Part shown: piece by piece, positions 20,448 through 31,011 of the stretch | Numbering within the stretch: the first letter of the stretch is position 1 | How the letters are laid out: every line of letters starts with the position of its first letter | Source of the DNA: Sphingobacterium sp. | GTDB lineage: Bacteria > Bacteroidota > Bacteroidia > Sphingobacteriales > Sphingobacteriaceae | Direction of reading: 5' to 3' | DNA: 64,000 nt | Assembly: GCA_036781025.1 (NCBI GenBank) | Contig: DAIQBS010000005.1 | Span: 30,835 to 94,834 of the forward strand | Translations under genes and position numbers: made by a program | The notes under the pieces: model-generated | Seen by the model: only the letters and a program-made list of their open reading frames with translations | Told to the model about the DNA's origin: nothing | Databases searched by the model: none

Positions 20448-22235
20448 TTAATTTTTTACAATAAGAGGTATTAATTTTTTTTCATATTCATTGAGCGATT
20501 CTAAGAATGAATCTTTCGTCTGATTGATGCTATGTGTAATTCTTTGATGTAGATTTCTGTAATAGCCGATTCCTTCTAATAGCTGTTGATTAAAGCGATT
20601 AATGTATTTCGTTTTCTTGCTGTCCATGTCTTGCAGATTGCTTTGGATATACTTCGTCAAGTATTGCACATAAAGTTCCAACTCATTGATAAACATAGAA
20701 GGACGTTCAACATCTTGAAGCACATTGCTACGCCCGTAAATATGGTCGACCATTTCTTTTAACGAATAGAGTTTTTTAAAATAAGCCATATTCGGACCAG
20801 GACAAATCGCTACGGCTTGACGTTCTCTAGGTTTCAATAGGTCATATTTCAGATATGCAGCACTAGCTAAACCTTCGCAAAGACATTGCTTTTCTACCAC
20901 CTGTTCATATCGATTTTTAAACTCCTCCTTCGATAATTCCATTTCCTCCAATTCTTTGATTTTATGAACTTGATATACTCTGGATGCGGTACATACGGGT
21001 TCTTTGGTATATGTGCTGTCGCTTACTAAATATTTTTTACTGCATGGATAACCGGGTCTTCCCTGTGCAATTCGTTTTAATCGATCCTGCTCTCCGGTAC
21101 TTTTCTTGAAATTATGAAAAGGTACACCTAGGGGAGAGGAATTGGATAAATAGAAATCATCTTTCGCAGCATGAACCAGTGCATCTAGTGTAAACTCATC
21201 TACTGTGGTCGCTTCAGGAACTAACAGGAAAGGACTACCCCAACCAACGGCATCCACTTGATACTGCTTCAATAGAAACTGATGCTCTGCAGCTGTTCCT
21301 ACACCACCTTGTACCGTGACAAGCACAGCTGGCGGAGCCTGAAGAAAAATGTTTTTTTCGGCTAATTTCTCTTGATAAATGGCAAAAACTTCTGCTATAA
21401 GTGTTTGTCTGTTCTTAGCAAATTCATCGAGAATCGGGCCTAACAAAGAGCCCTCTGTGGCAAACGCGTGACCTCCACAATTAAGACCCGATTCGATGCG
21501 GAATTCAGAAACCCAAATCCCTCTTTTAGCTAAATATTTGGCTTGTATTAATGATGATCGATAATCTGAAACTTTTAACGTAATCTTTTTTGTAAACTGA
21601 CCTTCTGCATTGGGTAGAAAAACATCAAGTTCACTTAAATAGGCATAAAGCTGAGGGTTCATTCCTGCTGATAGTACCACAGATGAAGATAGTTTGCTTT
21701 TGGCAAAGCCCCTAATAGCAGCACTAGCATCCGAATATTGTGCATCTAAGGCTTCTCCATTTTTGCTAAAGTTGATTTTATCCACTTTAGACATGATATT
21801 AACATCGATGTTGCCCATCTGGAATGCGGCCCGAATCTCTTCCGTTAATTTTAACTTTTCTACGTCATTTTTCGTTTCCATCCATTGGGAAAACAATTGT
21901 TTATGTGGATGTTCATTCGCTAATAAAGTAAAATATTGCTGAACAGAAGGGTTGACCAACCAATCGCTGTATTTAAGTTGATGCATTTGCTCTTCAACTA
22001 TCTCCTGTATTAAATCTAAGTATGCGGTAATTCGTTTTGCACGAGCATCTTCTTCCTGTTTAATAATAGTTTGGTATGGACGTTCGTAAAGTTTGCTGTA
22101 ATAGGCACGCATACGTTCCAGTAATTCATCGTCCACCAAAGAAATAACCGAAGAAATACCATATTGAGCTACTTTAAGAGCGGTATCTATGGAAAATGCA
22201 AGGCCTAAGACAGGGATATGAAAAGTATGCGTCAT
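20448..22235 (-). CDS. Conserved hypothetical protein, probable NMO/FabK/FabX-like FMN TIM-barrel with Cys-rich C-terminus
   Basis: IESGLNCGGHAF (E..x.GGH), VQGGVGT and VGWGSPFL..PE; Cys motifs PCSKKYL, PVCTAS, CLCEGL, ICPGP; ATG at 22235. Confidence 0.55.
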   Translation of the reverse strand: MTHTFHIPVLGLAFSIDTALKVAQYGISSVISLVDDELLERMRAYYSKLYERPYQTIIKQEEDARAKRITAYLDLIQEIVEEQMHQLKYSDWLVNPSVQQYFTLLANEHPHKQLFSQWMETKNDVEKLKLTEEIRAAFQMGNIDVNIMSKVDKINFSKNGEALDAQYSDASAAIRGFAKSKLSSSVVLSAGMNPQLYAYLSELDVFLPNAEGQFTKKITLKVSDYRSSLIQAKYLAKRGIWVSEFRIESGLNCGGHAFATEGSLLGPILDEFAKNRQTLIAEVFAIYQEKLAEKNIFLQAPPAVLVTVQGGVGTAAEHQFLLKQYQVDAVGWGSPFLLVPEATTVDEFTLDALVHAAKDDFYLSNSSPLGVPFHNFKKSTGEQDRLKRIAQGRPGYPCSKKYLVSDSTYTKEPVCTASRVYQVHKIKELEEMELSKEEFKNRYEQVVEKQCLCEGLASAAYLKYDLLKPRERQAVAICPGPNMAYFKKLYSLKEMVDHIYGRSNVLQDVERPSMFINELELYVQYLTKYIQSNLQDMDSKKTKYINRFNQQLLEGIGYYRNLHQRITHSINQTKDSFLESLNEYEKKLIPLIVKN

Positions 22236-22307
22236 GAAATGTAGTTTTCGATGACGCAAATAAGGAATAATGTCTTGTTAAAAAAGTAATCACAAGACTT
22301 AGCGAAT

Positions 22308-22323
22308 TGTGATTTTAGTCACT
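22308..22323. promoter_or_regulatory. CRP/FNR-type box TGTGA-N6-TCACT
   Basis: One mismatch to TGTGA-N6-TCACA, about 70 bp upstream of the ATG at 22235. Confidence 0.55.
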
Positions 22324-22482
22324 AATTCTGAAAGACAAGATTTTTCCAGCATCTTTTTATAGCTACAATAATCAACCTGTTATCAGGAATAGTATAAGCG
22401 TTTGTTTTAAGCAGGTTTAGTTTATTGGATGGAAATATGGTTCAGGATTGCTTAGATAATACAATTTTGTATCGTTTATTTC

Positions 22483-23325
22483 TTATTTAAATACAACCGT
22501 TCTATTTCCATGCAACATCACCCGGTCTTCTGTCAACAACTGAATGGCCCTACTTAACACGGCTTTTTCAATTTCTTTACCCGCTTTCCGCATTTGTGGA
22601 ACATCATAACTATGGTCTATAGATTTGGTGTTTTGGACAATTATCGGTCCTTCATCCAAATCATTCGTCACATAATGTGCAGTAGCTCCGATGATTTTTA
22701 CACCACGATCATAAGCTTGTTGATAAGGGTTCGCCCCTATAAAAGCAGGTAAAAAGGAATGGTGGATGTTAATTAATTTTCCAGCGAACTTCGACACAAA
22801 GCTAGGGGATAGGATGCGCATGAATTTAGCTAATATGATGTAATCAGCTTGATAGTCAGCGACTACCTCTGCCAATTCCTGTTCAAATTCTAATTTCGTT
22901 TTGTTCTCATGCGAGATGCAATGGAATGGAATATTGAATTTTTGAGTAAACTCTGCCAAATCATGGTAGTTTCCAATCACGGCTAGTACCTCTGCTTCCA
23001 TGGTTTTGAAACAATGGCGTACTAAAATATCCGCAAGACAATGATGTTCCTTGGTTACCAATACGACAAGTCGTTTATTTCGTGAAGGGTTAATGGTTAA
23101 ATGCGTATTGGCAGGTAACTTTGATAAAAGGTCTTGTTCTAGCAAGGCTTGATCTCTTAAATCACCCGTACACACCACACGAACAAAGAATTTTTGATCG
23201 GTTTCTTCTACAAATTCACGCATCGTGATGATGTTCAATTGATGTTGCGCTAACACATTTGAAATTAAAGCAACAAGGCCTACAGCGTCTTGGCACTGTA
23301 TTAAGATCAGCGTTTGATTGTTCAT
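22483..23325 (-). CDS. purU: Formyltetrahydrofolate deformylase
   Basis: N-terminal ACT domain; INIHHSFLPAFIGANPY..AYDRGVKIIGATAHYV..DLDEGPII. Confidence 0.96.
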   Translation of the reverse strand: MNNQTLILIQCQDAVGLVALISNVLAQHQLNIITMREFVEETDQKFFVRVVCTGDLRDQALLEQDLLSKLPANTHLTINPSRNKRLVVLVTKEHHCLADILVRHCFKTMEAEVLAVIGNYHDLAEFTQKFNIPFHCISHENKTKLEFEQELAEVVADYQADYIILAKFMRILSPSFVSKFAGKLINIHHSFLPAFIGANPYQQAYDRGVKIIGATAHYVTNDLDEGPIIVQNTKSIDHSYDVPQMRKAGKEIEKAVLSRAIQLLTEDRVMLHGNRTVVFK

Positions 23326-23382
23326 TTTGGTTTAGGTTGTAAAATAGGGGATATGAATTAGGACCATATCCCCAATGTATTA

Positions 23383-25236
23383 TTATACAGCTTCTTTGGT
23401 TAATTGATCTTCGGTGTCCAATTCTACACGAAGGTTATTAACAATATGTTGTTGTCTATCGGGTGTATTTTTCCCCATATAATATTCCAGTAATTGAGGA
23501 AGTCTATTGTCTTTGGATAATATCACAGGTTCTAAACGGATATTTTCACCAATAAACAAACCAAATTCCGACGGGGAAATTTCACCTAACCCTTTAAATC
23601 GAGTGATTTCTGGTTTATTTCCTAATTTTTGTATCGCCTGTTGGCGTTCTTCATCGGAATAACAATATATAGTTTCCTTTTTATTTCGTACCCTAAATAA
23701 GGGAGTTTGCAGAATGGAAACATGGCCGGCTTTCACCAAGTCTGGAAAGAACTGTAGAAAGAAGGTCATCATCAATAATCGGATGTGCATACCGTCCACA
23801 TCGGCATCCGTTGCAATCACGATGTTATTATAGCGTAGACCTTCAATGCCATCTTCAATATTTAAGGCGTGTTGCAAAAGATTAAACTCCTCATTTTCAT
23901 AGACAATCTTTTTAGTCAGTCCATAACAATTTAGCGGTTTTCCCTTCAAACTAAATACTCCCTGCGTTTGCACATCACGGGATTTCGTGATCGATCCACT
24001 GGCAGAATCTCCCTCCGTAATGAATAAGGTGGTTTCTAAATTTCGTTCATGTTTATCCGAAAAATGAATTTTACAATCCCTTAATTTACGATTATGTAAG
24101 GATGCTTTCTTCGCACGTTCATTTGCCAACTTTTTAATACCTGCGATATCTTTGCGTTCCCGCTCCGATTGAAGGATTCGTTTTTGTAAAGCTTCTGCCG
24201 TTGCTGGATTTTTATGCAAATAATCGTCTAATGCTTTCTTAACGAAGTCATTGATGAAAGTTCGAACCGTTGGGCCATCAGGACCTACCGATTGAGAACC
24301 TAATTTAGTTTTTGTTTGCGATTCGAAAACAGGCTCTTGAACTTTGATGGCAATAGCACCTATGATGGATGCACGCACATCAGAAGCGTCAAATTCCTTC
24401 TTATAAAATTCACGAATTGTTTTTACCAATGCTTCACGAAAAGCAGCTTGGTGGGTTCCTCCCTGAGTGGTATGTTGGCCATTGACAAAGGAATAATATT
24501 CCTCCCCATATTGTTGACCATGGGTCATCGCAATTTCAATATCTTCACCTCTTAAATGAATGATGGGATAGCGCATGCTTTCGGTATCCACATTACGCTC
24601 CAATAAATCCTTTAATCCATTCTCCGAAATGAATTTTTGACCATTGAAATTGATGGTTAAGCCAGAATTTAGGAAAACATAATTCCAAATCATGTTCTCG
24701 ACAAACTCTTGACGGTATTTATAGTTACGGAATATGCTATCGTCAGGATAGAAGGTTACCGAAGTACCATTCCGTTGCGTAGTATCTTTTTGTTCATCTG
24801 CAACCAATTCTCCTTTACTGAATTGTGCGATACGAGTAACATTCTGACGATAGGATTGAACTGTAAATTGATTGGATAAGGCATTCACCGCCTTGGTACC
24901 CACCCCATTTAAACCTACAGACTTTTGAAAAGCTTTACTATCGTATTTACCACCTGTATTAATTTTTGATACCACATCTACGACGGAACCAATAGGAATT
25001 CCACGGCCATAATCCCGAACGGTGACCCGGTTTTCATTTACCGTAATATCAATTATTTTTCCAGCACCCATCACAAACTCATCAATTGAGTTATCTACCA
25101 CTTCTTTTAATAAGACGTATATTCCATCATCATAAGCAGAACCGTCTCCCAACTTACCAATGTACATACCAGGCCTTAGGCGAATATGTTCTTTCCAGTC
25201 GAGTGATCGGATACTATCTTCGTTATATGCTGTCAT
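23383..25236 (-). CDS. parE: DNA topoisomerase IV subunit B
   Basis: [25 protein letters not shown] and TDADVDG; short Bacteroidota ParE type; ATG at 25236. Confidence 0.92.
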   Translation of the reverse strand: MTAYNEDSIRSLDWKEHIRLRPGMYIGKLGDGSAYDDGIYVLLKEVVDNSIDEFVMGAGKIIDITVNENRVTVRDYGRGIPIGSVVDVVSKINTGGKYDSKAFQKSVGLNGVGTKAVNALSNQFTVQSYRQNVTRIAQFSKGELVADEQKDTTQRNGTSVTFYPDDSIFRNYKYRQEFVENMIWNYVFLNSGLTINFNGQKFISENGLKDLLERNVDTESMRYPIIHLRGEDIEIAMTHGQQYGEEYYSFVNGQHTTQGGTHQAAFREALVKTIREFYKKEFDASDVRASIIGAIAIKVQEPVFESQTKTKLGSQSVGPDGPTVRTFINDFVKKALDDYLHKNPATAEALQKRILQSERERKDIAGIKKLANERAKKASLHNRKLRDCKIHFSDKHERNLETTLFITEGDSASGSITKSRDVQTQGVFSLKGKPLNCYGLTKKIVYENEEFNLLQHALNIEDGIEGLRYNNIVIATDADVDGMHIRLLMMTFFLQFFPDLVKAGHVSILQTPLFRVRNKKETIYCYSDEERQQAIQKLGNKPEITRFKGLGEISPSEFGLFIGENIRLEPVILSKDNRLPQLLEYYMGKNTPDRQQHIVNNLRVELDTEDQLTKEAV

Positions 25237-25738
25237 ATTTTTTGTGCTTTCGTTGAACCATCGCAAAAATATAAAAAAGAAAATCGATTTTTACACAACA
25301 CTTTTGCACATATCGTGGAATTCAATTCATTATCGTTCCCATTTAATCTTTTCATCGGAAAATGGAGGAGTAGGATTATCCCAATATTGAAGGAAAAGGA
25401 AAGGTAACTCTTCAGCCAAATCTGCTTCAAATGTAGGTTAATATTGTTGATATTTACTCTTTCATTCGAACCAAATTTTAAACCTTAATTTCCCTTCCAC
25501 AGGTTAGTATCAGACTAGTTAATACAAAAAGAAATGCTGTTTTTTTTCCTAATTTTTTGGGCTGACCATTCAGACAAAATTTGAACTGATAAGCATCTCC
25601 TTCGGACCTTCTTCGGAAATCCGATGGATAACCTACGAAAATTTTCGAAGGAGATTCTATGAATATGCGCTTGAGTTTAGGATATAAATCCTTAAAAATA
25701 GGGATAACATAGTTGGAAGAATGGAATGTCTAGAAAGG

Positions 25739-26404
25739 TTAATTTTCTAAATTATGACCCATCAATTGGACTATAAAAGGTACGTAGGTTAATTTATTGT
25801 CAATCCATTCATACGCAATTCCTTCCATTTTCAACAGGCCATAGTGCATACTTACATCGTAATCTATATAAAATTGTGAATGCGAAGAGATTGATTGTCT
25901 AATTCTTATGACGTCACGATAGGTTTTATTTGCAATATGAACTGTTTTGTTTTTTTCTAAAATCCTATACCTAGCCACTCCAGGAAGAAATTCTCCCTCT
26001 TTAATTTCAGAATCTGTTGGTGGGTATTCCCAATATTCTCCAATTTTTTTGTTCCGTTGGATAAGGTCATAATGAACATCTTGCTCCGGCCAATGGCTGT
26101 GTACGGCAAAGGAATTTTGATCGGAATACCAAAATTTTGAAAATTGTAGAAATTGGAAATTCATATCAAAATCATGATCTACTTGATAATAATTGTTCCA
26201 TTTCTTTTGTATACGGTAAGTGCCCTCATAAATCCGATCGGGTAATCGAATTTGATATTTCCATTCATGTCCTTCTCTTATAAAGGGGAATGACTTTTCC
26301 TCCTGATCTTGAATAGGATTGATGTGCTCTTTTTCAGCACAGGAAGTTTGGGTCATTAGCATCACGAATAGGAAGTATGGATATTTATTGAATAATTTCA
26401 ACAT
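25739..26404 (-). CDS. Hypothetical lipoprotein
   Basis: Signal peptide ending TSC; FPF..G.EWKY and KTVHIANKTYRDV..YGLLK beta-sheet pattern. Confidence 0.65.
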   Translation of the reverse strand: MLKLFNKYPYFLFVMLMTQTSCAEKEHINPIQDQEEKSFPFIREGHEWKYQIRLPDRIYEGTYRIQKKWNNYYQVDHDFDMNFQFLQFSKFWYSDQNSFAVHSHWPEQDVHYDLIQRNKKIGEYWEYPPTDSEIKEGEFLPGVARYRILEKNKTVHIANKTYRDVIRIRQSISSHSQFYIDYDVSMHYGLLKMEGIAYEWIDNKLTYVPFIVQLMGHNLEN

Positions 26405-26421
26405 AGCGGAGTTTTGGAAAT

Positions 26422-26763
26422 TTAGGCTATCAGTTTTTTAATGGTTTCCATATAAGTTTTGCCAACGGGTATGGGACAACCATTTAAAAGGTTTAAAAAT
26501 AATTTTCCGTCTATCTTTTTGAGTGTTTCCACGTGAATCATATTCACTATGAAGGATCGGTGAATACGGATGAATTTTGTTGGATCAAGTAATTTTTCTA
26601 ATTCAGATATTCCGTAGGAGCTTAAATGTTCACCTTGCCGGGTGTAAATGATACTATAATCTCGTGCTGCCCTAATAAATAGTATTTCTAAAAGAATGAT
26701 TTTTTTGTGGATCAAGCCCTCTTTTAAGAAAATGTACATCGGGTAAATCTGCATGTTATTCAT
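26422..26763 (-). CDS. Stand-alone LytTR DNA-binding domain protein
   Basis: LEKLLDPTKFIRIHRSFIVN and IPVGKTY; no receiver domain. Confidence 0.85.
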   Translation of the reverse strand: MNNMQIYPMYIFLKEGLIHKKIILLEILFIRAARDYSIIYTRQGEHLSSYGISELEKLLDPTKFIRIHRSFIVNMIHVETLKKIDGKLFLNLLNGCPIPVGKTYMETIKKLIA

Positions 26764-27042
26764 CGTACTAACCGTTATATTTAAAGCAAATGTTATTTAT
26801 AAAAAACGCTCGAAAATAACCCTTAATTTCCCGTTAAATCAACGTAATAAACCTTAATATTTAAAATAAGGGATTCTACTGAGTGAGGGTTTTTAATTAA
26901 AATTCCTCCATATTTTAGTTTTTATATCCTAGGCTTTTGTTATTGGTCAGTTGAATTTGACCGTTTGTCGAAAAATAAGGTAGTTCGTGGAGTTTGACCT
27001 GAAAGTTTAATTCGAGAATCCGAATTTCGAGTTAAAATCATT

Positions 27043-28350
27043 ATGAAATCACATATCTATTTATTTCTTGCTTGCCTATTAGTCAGTTGTAAAGGGGAAA
27101 CTTCGGATTCCCCAAAGCCACAAGTTCCAGGTATACGGATTGGTCAAGCACATAAAAAACCGGTGGGTAACAGCCTGGGACAAGCTGTTGTTAAAACTAT
27201 TTCTTCGGATGGTGGTGTATTAAGTTCTGAAGGAGTACATTTACATATTCCTGAAGGTGCTGTTCAGGAACCAACGGATTTTAGTATTCAATCCATTGAA
27301 AATACCTTAAGTCCTAAATCAGGTCTTCAAGCTTTTCGTTTCCTACCTGAAAATATTTCATTTAAAAAGCCCATTCAAGTCCAATTTGAAATTCCAGAAT
27401 CTCAGCGTTTTTCTATGCATGGAAAAATGGTTGCTTACCAAGATAAGAATCAAATATGGAACGCTGTACCGACCAGTATAGTTGGGGATAAATTGCAAAT
27501 TAATACAGCACATTTTAGCGATTGGGCAATTTTCGATCGATATACCTTATTTGTTGAGAAGACGACAGTAGAAAAAGGGGAACAAATTCGATTAAGCTTA
27601 CAAGAGCAGGTATTAGCAGCTTTAGTTCCGAATGATGGGATTAGTGATTTACCTTTAGGAAGCCTTGATGATTTGGGGGTGTGGTCTAAAGATGTGAAGA
27701 TTGGGCAGTGGAAAATTGTTAAAGGTCCTGGAACATTAACCCCAAAAGTTAATTCTGCCATGCTCATGGGGGATGCGATATACCAAGCTCCAGCAAATAT
27801 AAGTAACCCAACAGAAGTAAATATTCAGGTTGAAATAGAGAGCCCTTCTTCAGAAATTAGTGATTCACAAGTTCCCTCCAAGAAGAGAAAGATTGGCAAG
27901 TTGCTGCTTTATGTACAATTATTGTTAATTCCTGATACCTATGTGCGATTAAAAGTCGGCAATAATATTATCCATTATGATTCTCCTCATCATATTGTAG
28001 TGATGCAAGGTAAAATAACGTTGCGAGCAGGTAAGGCAAATGGAGAAAATATTTCTATGATCTATCATGGTACGCAGGCAGGCACATATAATGGAGGCTA
28101 TAATGCGGGGGAATCTATTTTGGTTTGGATGCAACCCAAAACAGGTCCAGGTCTACCTTACTCCATGATTAATGGTTACACTCGTTGCACAACCTTTGAA
28201 CCTTATTATGCAGGCCAATCTACTATCAAATTTGATGGGCAACAGGGAGAAGGAACTTTCAAGGGGACCCTATATTATTCCGACCAAGCTTGTGGATTCA
28301 CAGAACAAAAGGAAGTGGAACTTAGTTTTCGAGGAATTGTTTTTCGATGA
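27043..28350 (+). CDS. Surface lipoprotein with N-terminal ZU5-like domain
   Basis: Lipobox LVSC; GGVL..GV.LHIPEGAV, F.P..I.FKKPI and AHFSDW. Confidence 0.7.
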   Translation: MKSHIYLFLACLLVSCKGETSDSPKPQVPGIRIGQAHKKPVGNSLGQAVVKTISSDGGVLSSEGVHLHIPEGAVQEPTDFSIQSIENTLSPKSGLQAFRFLPENISFKKPIQVQFEIPESQRFSMHGKMVAYQDKNQIWNAVPTSIVGDKLQINTAHFSDWAIFDRYTLFVEKTTVEKGEQIRLSLQEQVLAALVPNDGISDLPLGSLDDLGVWSKDVKIGQWKIVKGPGTLTPKVNSAMLMGDAIYQAPANISNPTEVNIQVEIESPSSEISDSQVPSKKRKIGKLLLYVQLLLIPDTYVRLKVGNNIIHYDSPHHIVVMQGKITLRAGKANGENISMIYHGTQAGTYNGGYNAGESILVWMQPKTGPGLPYSMINGYTRCTTFEPYYAGQSTIKFDGQQGEGTFKGTLYYSDQACGFTEQKEVELSFRGIVFR

Positions 28351-28404
28351 TGCTGAATTGCTGCTAATTACTAACTCAATATACACCATAAATAGTAAAA
28401 GAAC

Positions 28405-28881
28405 ATGATGAAACTAATCATTAGCTTGGGAATATCCCAATTGCTACTCATAACCAAAGCCAATGAACGCGCAGAGACGAAAATTAATAACCATGTATTT
28501 GGTAAGCATTACTGGATAGTGGAATCTTCAACTATAGTTCCTGCCTTAGACGTTGATATGGATGGCATTCCAGATACGAACTTATTGATTATGCAAGAAA
28601 CATGTGAGCGTGATGACGCTGATTTCTTTAGAGAAGATGGCGTCATTTTAACCCATTGGGGAGAAATGCTTTGCGATGATGAAGAAGAAGAAATATCGGA
28701 AACAGGGACTTGGAAATTTAATAACGAAAAACAACTATTAACGATTAAAAAGGATCATTCTAGAAAATTGATGGAAGCCAAACTAGTTAAAAAAACCTCA
28801 AATCAATTGGTGTTTAGTTCCAATCATAAGAGCTCGAAATCAGATCATGTCATTACCCTCAAACTTAAGCGTAAATTATAA
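28405..28881 (+). CDS. Lipocalin-like (DUF5004-type) exported protein
   Basis: GKHYW, DVDMDG..D, CERDD...C pair and GTWKF. Confidence 0.6.
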   Translation: MMKLIISLGISQLLLITKANERAETKINNHVFGKHYWIVESSTIVPALDVDMDGIPDTNLLIMQETCERDDADFFREDGVILTHWGEMLCDDEEEEISETGTWKFNNEKQLLTIKKDHSRKLMEAKLVKKTSNQLVFSSNHKSSKSDHVITLKLKRKL

Positions 28882-28965
28882 TAGATCTGAAACCAAGCAG
28901 ATACTTGTATAAACCTTTGTTAGATTTTTTTGATGCTATTTAAGTTAGCTTGACTTACATCCATA

Positions 28966-30972
28966 ATGTTAAAAATGATTATGAAAATCATTCGAATAAG
29001 TTTCATCCTTTTATTATTTCCATTTATGTTGTTGGAATGCACTTTTGCTCACAGCAATGAGTCCAGCCTAAATGAAATTTATAAAAAACTTGATTCAGCA
29101 GAATTGATGTGGAATAGAAATCATATAAAGGAAGCAGAACAGTATTTTCTAGAAGCTCAAAAATTAGCAACGCATGTTCAAGATTCATGGATTAGTAGTT
29201 CCATTTCAAAAAAATACAGTCAATTTTTACATCAGCAATCGAGGTATTTAGAAGCCTCAGACTACTTGCAAAAAGCGATTAAAGACAGTCAATTGGTAGG
29301 AGATCCTTCAAAGGAAGCCATGTTGTTGAATAATATTGCTTTGCAATTTCATGCGCAAGGTGATATGTCTCAGGCAGTTAAGTTGTTGTTAAATGCCTTG
29401 GATTTATCGTATAAATCTGAACAAGAGGACAAGAAGAATTTAGAGGATCGTAGGAAATACTTGAATAATTTAAGTGCTTTCTTTTTGGATTTAAAGGAAT
29501 TTAAAAAGGGATTAACCTATGCGAAGAAATCTCATGACATCGCCAAGAAATTACAGGATAGTTTGGGCATGGGACATAGTCTTGTTAATATGATGGTTTC
29601 TGAAATGTTACTAAATCGAATGAATGATGCTGAAGTTCATGGGAAAGAATTGTTAGTAATTGCTAAAAGAAATAAAAGTCTGCCTTTGCAGATACAAGCT
29701 TACAATAATCTGGCTGAAATATATAGAAGTCAAGGGAAATTTGGCTCTGCCTTGACCAATTATACAAAGGCTAATATGTTGTTTGGAGATAATCCATCTA
29801 TTTCCAAGACCTTTACATTAATCGGTTTTTCTACTGTTTATTTGGAGATGAAAGACTATGCTAAAGCAAATGCCTATTTTGAACAAGCGAAGGGAAAGTC
29901 AATGGCTGAGCTAGGTCTCCCTGCATTAATGGAATTTTATCACGCAGGTGCTAAAATAAAAGAAGCCTTAGGAGATTACTCTGATGCATTACAGCTACGT
30001 AAAAAATATGAACTCTTGAAGGACTCCATTGCTAGTCAAGAGACTCAACGATTGGTTCATGAATTAGAGTTGCAACATAATGTCGCTCAAAATAAAGAGG
30101 AATTAAGCCAACGTGATATTAAAATCATGGAACAGCAATTGGATTTAGATCGGAAAAATAGATGGGTAGCTATCCATATCTTTTTTCTGGTATTTATTGG
30201 TTTACTTATTATCATGTATAATATGCGGCGAGAACTTGGAAAAAAAACAAAACAGGAGCGCCAAGAACGTCAATTACTGGAGGCGGAACTATTAGCGGTA
30301 GAAAAAGAGCGTTCGCGGACTGCTAAAGAACTTCATGATGGTGTTGCCAGTTTATTAGTAGCTACGAAACTGCAGATTGAAGGTTATTCAAAACGTTGTT
30401 TACCTCATCAGGGGATGCCCGAAGTTATGCATTTGATGGATGCTGCAATTCAAGAAATTCGGGGTATTTCGCATAATCTTGCTCCTGAAATGATATTCAA
30501 TGAAGGCCTCTCTTATGCTTTGAAATCCTATTGTAGCCGGATGAGTCGTGCTAATCAAACGATCCAGTGTTATATTCAAGGCGATATAAACACGTTGGAA
30601 AAGGAGGTACAACTCCATATTTATCGAATTATTCAAGAAGCTGTAAGCAATTTAGTTAAGCATGCTTCAGCAAGCGAAGGGCTTGTGCAACTCATTTTAC
30701 ATCAAGGACAATTATGTTTAAGTATTGAGGATAATGGGAAAGGTTTTACGTTAGAAGGTAGGCATCAAGTAGGCTTGGGATTGAAGAACCTGGAATCTCG
30801 GGTGGTATCCTTAGGGGGTACGTTAGCCATTATTTCCAAAGAAAATGAAGGTACTAGCTTAAACATTGAAATAGAATTAAATAAAGAATTGAAAATCGAA
30901 CAACCAAGATTTTCATTTTTCAGTACAGCCTATTTTGGTAAATTTCGATGGAAGGAAGTGAGCCAAGTCTAA
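28966..30972 (+). CDS. TPR-sensor histidine kinase (HisKA_3, NarX/UhpB class)
   Basis: Signal peptide, TPR-like helices, one TM; ERSRTAKELHDG, YRIIQEAVSNLVKHA, DNGKGF and GLGL. Confidence 0.92.
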   Translation: MLKMIMKIIRISFILLLFPFMLLECTFAHSNESSLNEIYKKLDSAELMWNRNHIKEAEQYFLEAQKLATHVQDSWISSSISKKYSQFLHQQSRYLEASDYLQKAIKDSQLVGDPSKEAMLLNNIALQFHAQGDMSQAVKLLLNALDLSYKSEQEDKKNLEDRRKYLNNLSAFFLDLKEFKKGLTYAKKSHDIAKKLQDSLGMGHSLVNMMVSEMLLNRMNDAEVHGKELLVIAKRNKSLPLQIQAYNNLAEIYRSQGKFGSALTNYTKANMLFGDNPSISKTFTLIGFSTVYLEMKDYAKANAYFEQAKGKSMAELGLPALMEFYHAGAKIKEALGDYSDALQLRKKYELLKDSIASQETQRLVHELELQHNVAQNKEELSQRDIKIMEQQLDLDRKNRWVAIHIFFLVFIGLLIIMYNMRRELGKKTKQERQERQLLEAELLAVEKERSRTAKELHDGVASLLVATKLQIEGYSKRCLPHQGMPEVMHLMDAAIQEIRGISHNLAPEMIFNEGLSYALKSYCSRMSRANQTIQCYIQGDINTLEKEVQLHIYRIIQEAVSNLVKHASASEGLVQLILHQGQLCLSIEDNGKGFTLEGRHQVGLGLKNLESRVVSLGGTLAIISKENEGTSLNIEIELNKELKIEQPRFSFFSTAYFGKFRWKEVSQV

Positions 30973-31011
30973 TTTAAACCCAAATTTTTTAACCAACTAG
31001 TTTTTTAAAAT

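Noticed and set aside
23383..25236. gyrB call, and parE without an adjacent parC
   Set aside because: Length and motifs fit Bacteroidota ParE better than GyrB; unlinked parC/parE is not unusual.
25160..25430. Short ORFs 25160-25390 and 25233-25430
   Set aside because: They overlap the parE start and promoter and show no protein-like motifs.
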